Shown here: positions 61,201-64,000 of the stretch, in pieces
Numbering within the stretch: position 1 is the first letter of the stretch
Layout: each line of letters starts with the position of its first letter
Assembly: GCA_035221665.1 (NCBI GenBank)
Contig: CM069138.1
Location: 22,258,001-22,322,000 of the forward strand
Length of the DNA: 64,000 nt
Reading direction: 5' to 3'
DNA from: Okamejei kenojei
Taxonomy: Eukaryota
Translations under genes and position numbers: made by a program
Notes under the pieces: generated by a model
What the model was told of the DNA's origin: nothing
The model's database searches: none
What the model saw: the letters and a program-made list of their open reading frames with translations, nothing else

Positions 61201-62794
61201 GAAGAGTATTATTGTGGCACTAATCATAAGTCAGACAGATTTAGCCTAGTCATTGAAAAGGACAAGAACAAACCATGGAATAATGATCAAAATGGTGATA
61301 TGCCCAGATTTACTCACTGGAGAAGAGACTTAGTAAATGGTAGGCTGCTAAATCACCTGTTAGTCTAAGTGTGAAGGTGAAGGATGTGAGAAAGGTTAGA
61401 GTCATTGACACATACAACACAATTACAGACCCTTTGGTCAACCATCATGTACTCATCCGTCCTAACCCTATTTTTCTCACACATTCCCATCAACTCCATT
61501 CTCTGTTAATGATTCTCCTTCCATTGACGATGGGATGACTTACAGCAGCAAATTAACCTCTCAACGCAATATCTTTGAGATGTGGAAAAAAAACAGAACA
61601 CCCGGTGAAACTGCAGATGTTGGTTTACACCAAAGGCAGACACAAAATGCTGGAGTATCTCAGTTGGTCATGCAGAGAAGAGAAATAGGTGATATTTCAA
61701 GTCGAGACCCTTCTTCAAACTGAGAGTGGTCGAGACCAGTCTTCAAACTGAGAAAAGGGTCTAGACCCAAGCAACCGCCTTGTCTATGCTTGGTCTCACC
61801 AATATGATAATCATCCCCTGGTGTGGGGTAGCTGAGATTTCCCCCCAATAAAGGAGCTTGATCACCCGGACGAGGAAGGCCCGCCGCCAGCTACGGGAGT
61901 AAGATCACCTTATCAACGGAAGGTTAGAGGCCCCCGACTGCTCGGGGACAAAGAAGGGAGAGATTGACCTATTTTTGCCTTCCATCCCAGTGAGGAATGC
62001 GGAGGAGTCACTGAGGTGGATGTTCATGTTAACATGTTTGTTGTGTGTTCTGTTGCTTTTTATTGGTCTGACTGTGTGGCAAATTAAATTCCTCGTAAGT
62101 TGCAAAACATACTTGGCTAATAAAGTATGATTATGATTATGATTATGTTGTAGTCAAATAGAAAGTGTGTGTACCATTGAACAATAAAGAGGAAGTACTT
62201 ATAATGGTATATGGACGCACTGATCTGTTTTGTAGACAATGCCTACTATGTTCTGTTGTGCTGAAGCAAAGCAAGAATGTCATTGTCCTATCAGGGACAC
62301 ATGACAATAAACTCACTTGAACTTTAACTTGAACTTGAAGTACAGAGTAGTTTAGCAATGTTCAAGGTGAATACTTTGTCAGCCTAAATGTTAAATGCAG
62401 CAAAATAAAAATTTATGAAGACCTTGTCCATAATGTTTTAATTCTCTGGCTGCAGGATTGATGCAAGCAGTGTCCTGTTGTTTCAACAGCGGGGTTGGGA
62501 TGAGGAAGTTAATTATTACAGGGCAGCACAGTGACAGGTAGAGCTGTTGCCTCACAGCATCAGAGCTCCGGGGATCAATCCTAATCTTGGGTTATGTCTG
62601 TGTGGAATTTGCATGTGACCACATGGGTTCCCACGGAGTGCTCTGGTTTCTTCCTACATTACAAAGAGTGATTTTTAAGTTTAATTGACCTTTGGTTTAA
62701 TGTGGTTTAGAGATACACCGAGTCTGCACTGACCAACAATCTCAGCACATTAACACTACCCTACACACACTAAGGACAATTTTATATTTATACT

Positions 62795-63330
62795 AGACCA
62801 AGCTGGGGGGAGGGGGGGGGGGGGGGGGCGGGGGTGGGGGCGGTCTGCGGCAACACACACACACACACTGACCATCCACCACACACTCACACACTAACCA
62901 GCCCCTCACTCACACACACACTAACCACCCCCTTGATATTATATTAATATCATTAATTTGCTCCGTTTACCCTATTCCCCTGCCCAATCACGCATAGCCC
63001 CCAACTCGCACGCGTGGCTAGAGAGGGAGGGGGGTAGAGACAGAGAGAACAGAGGCACAGAGAGGGCAGAGGCAGAGAAAGGGCAGAGGCACAGAGAGGG
63101 ATGGGGGGGGGGTAGAGAGAGAGAGGGCAGGGAGAGAGGGGGCAGAGACTGAGAGAGAGGTGCAGAGACACAGGCAGAGAGGCAGAGAGAGAGAGGGGAA
63201 GAGAGAGAGGGGTAGAGACAGAGAGAGAGTGCGGGGAGGGGGGAGAGAGAGGGGGAGGGGGAAGGGCGGGGGAGAGAAGGGGGAGAGATGGGGGAGAGAG
63301 GATGAGAGAGGGTGTGTTTGTGTGTGTGGT
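62795..63330. repeat. Low-complexity poly-G, (CA)n and (GA)-rich tract
   Basis: Directly visible; precedes an assembly gap. Confidence 0.85.
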
Positions 63331-63506
63331 CAGTAGCAAAGATCCTGTAGGATCTTTGGTCGGTAGATGCAGCAGATGCTTCGGTCAAGGCTTTCCAGGT
63401 GAGTGACCAAACCCTCTGGCGACTCATGGAAACCTTGGGTGGGGCGCAAGGTCACCAGAGGTTTCTGTTCAGGTTTCCTAAGTGGGACTGGGGCATTACT
63501 ATTAAA

Positions 63507-63659
63507 NNNNNNNNNNNNNNNNNNNNNNNNNNNNNNNNNNNNNNNNNNNNNNNNNNNNNNNNNNNNNNNNNNNNNNNNNNNNNNNNNNNNNNNNNNNNNN
63601 NNNNNNNNNNNNNNNNNNNNNNNNNNNNNNNNNNNNNNNNNNNNNNNNNNNNNNNNNNN
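63507..63659. other. Assembly gap
   Basis: Run of N. Confidence 1.
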
Positions 63660-64000
63660 TCAACACGGTAACGATAAAATATTTACATATTCCGGTAAAC
63701 ATTTTCCCGTGGTCCAAAAAACTACTTATCTGAAAATGTCATGCTTTATTTCTCGACATTACTGAAAGAGTTTAAAAATATGAGAAAACTTTGAATTAAA
63801 AAATGACTGCCTTTCGCTGATGATATCACAATGGGTCTGCTCTGCGCAACGTTCTTCCACTCGCTGCGAGTGATGTCACCCCCTGAGCCCCTGTTATTCA
63901 AAAGACGCAGAAAGAACAAGCATGTCAACCCTGTACTGAAAACTGTGGCAGCCCAACTTTGGTCGATGCCCGCCCATCCACCTACCTGCCTGCCCGTCTC

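Overview
Repeat-rich vertebrate genomic DNA. The HE1/V-SINE, CR1, Rex-Babar and Penelope-type repeats point to a cartilaginous fish, probably a skate or ray (inference). The one host gene I can reconstruct lies on the minus strand and spans about 48 kb. It has a signal-peptide exon (51145-51193), four tandem single-exon Ig V-set domains with germline-joined J-like G strands (25030-25380, 23762-24106, 21508-21855, 18171-18515), a transmembrane exon (7944-8091), a 32-nt cytoplasmic exon (3647-3678) and a tentative last exon (3053-3108). All introns are GT-AG and phase-compatible. The product is a heavily glycosylated type I membrane receptor built only of antigen-receptor-like (IgL/VpreB/TCR-gamma-like) VJ domains with no C1 domain. 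I cannot assign it to a named family. The introns hold CR1 LINEs, L1-clade LINEs, Rex-Babar elements, HE1 SINEs, a hAT element with a perfect 8-bp TSD, Penelope-derived fragments with hammerhead-ribozyme cores, and a structurally complete but mutated DIRS1 tyrosine-recombinase retrotransposon at the centre of a four-layer nested insertion. There are two assembly gaps.
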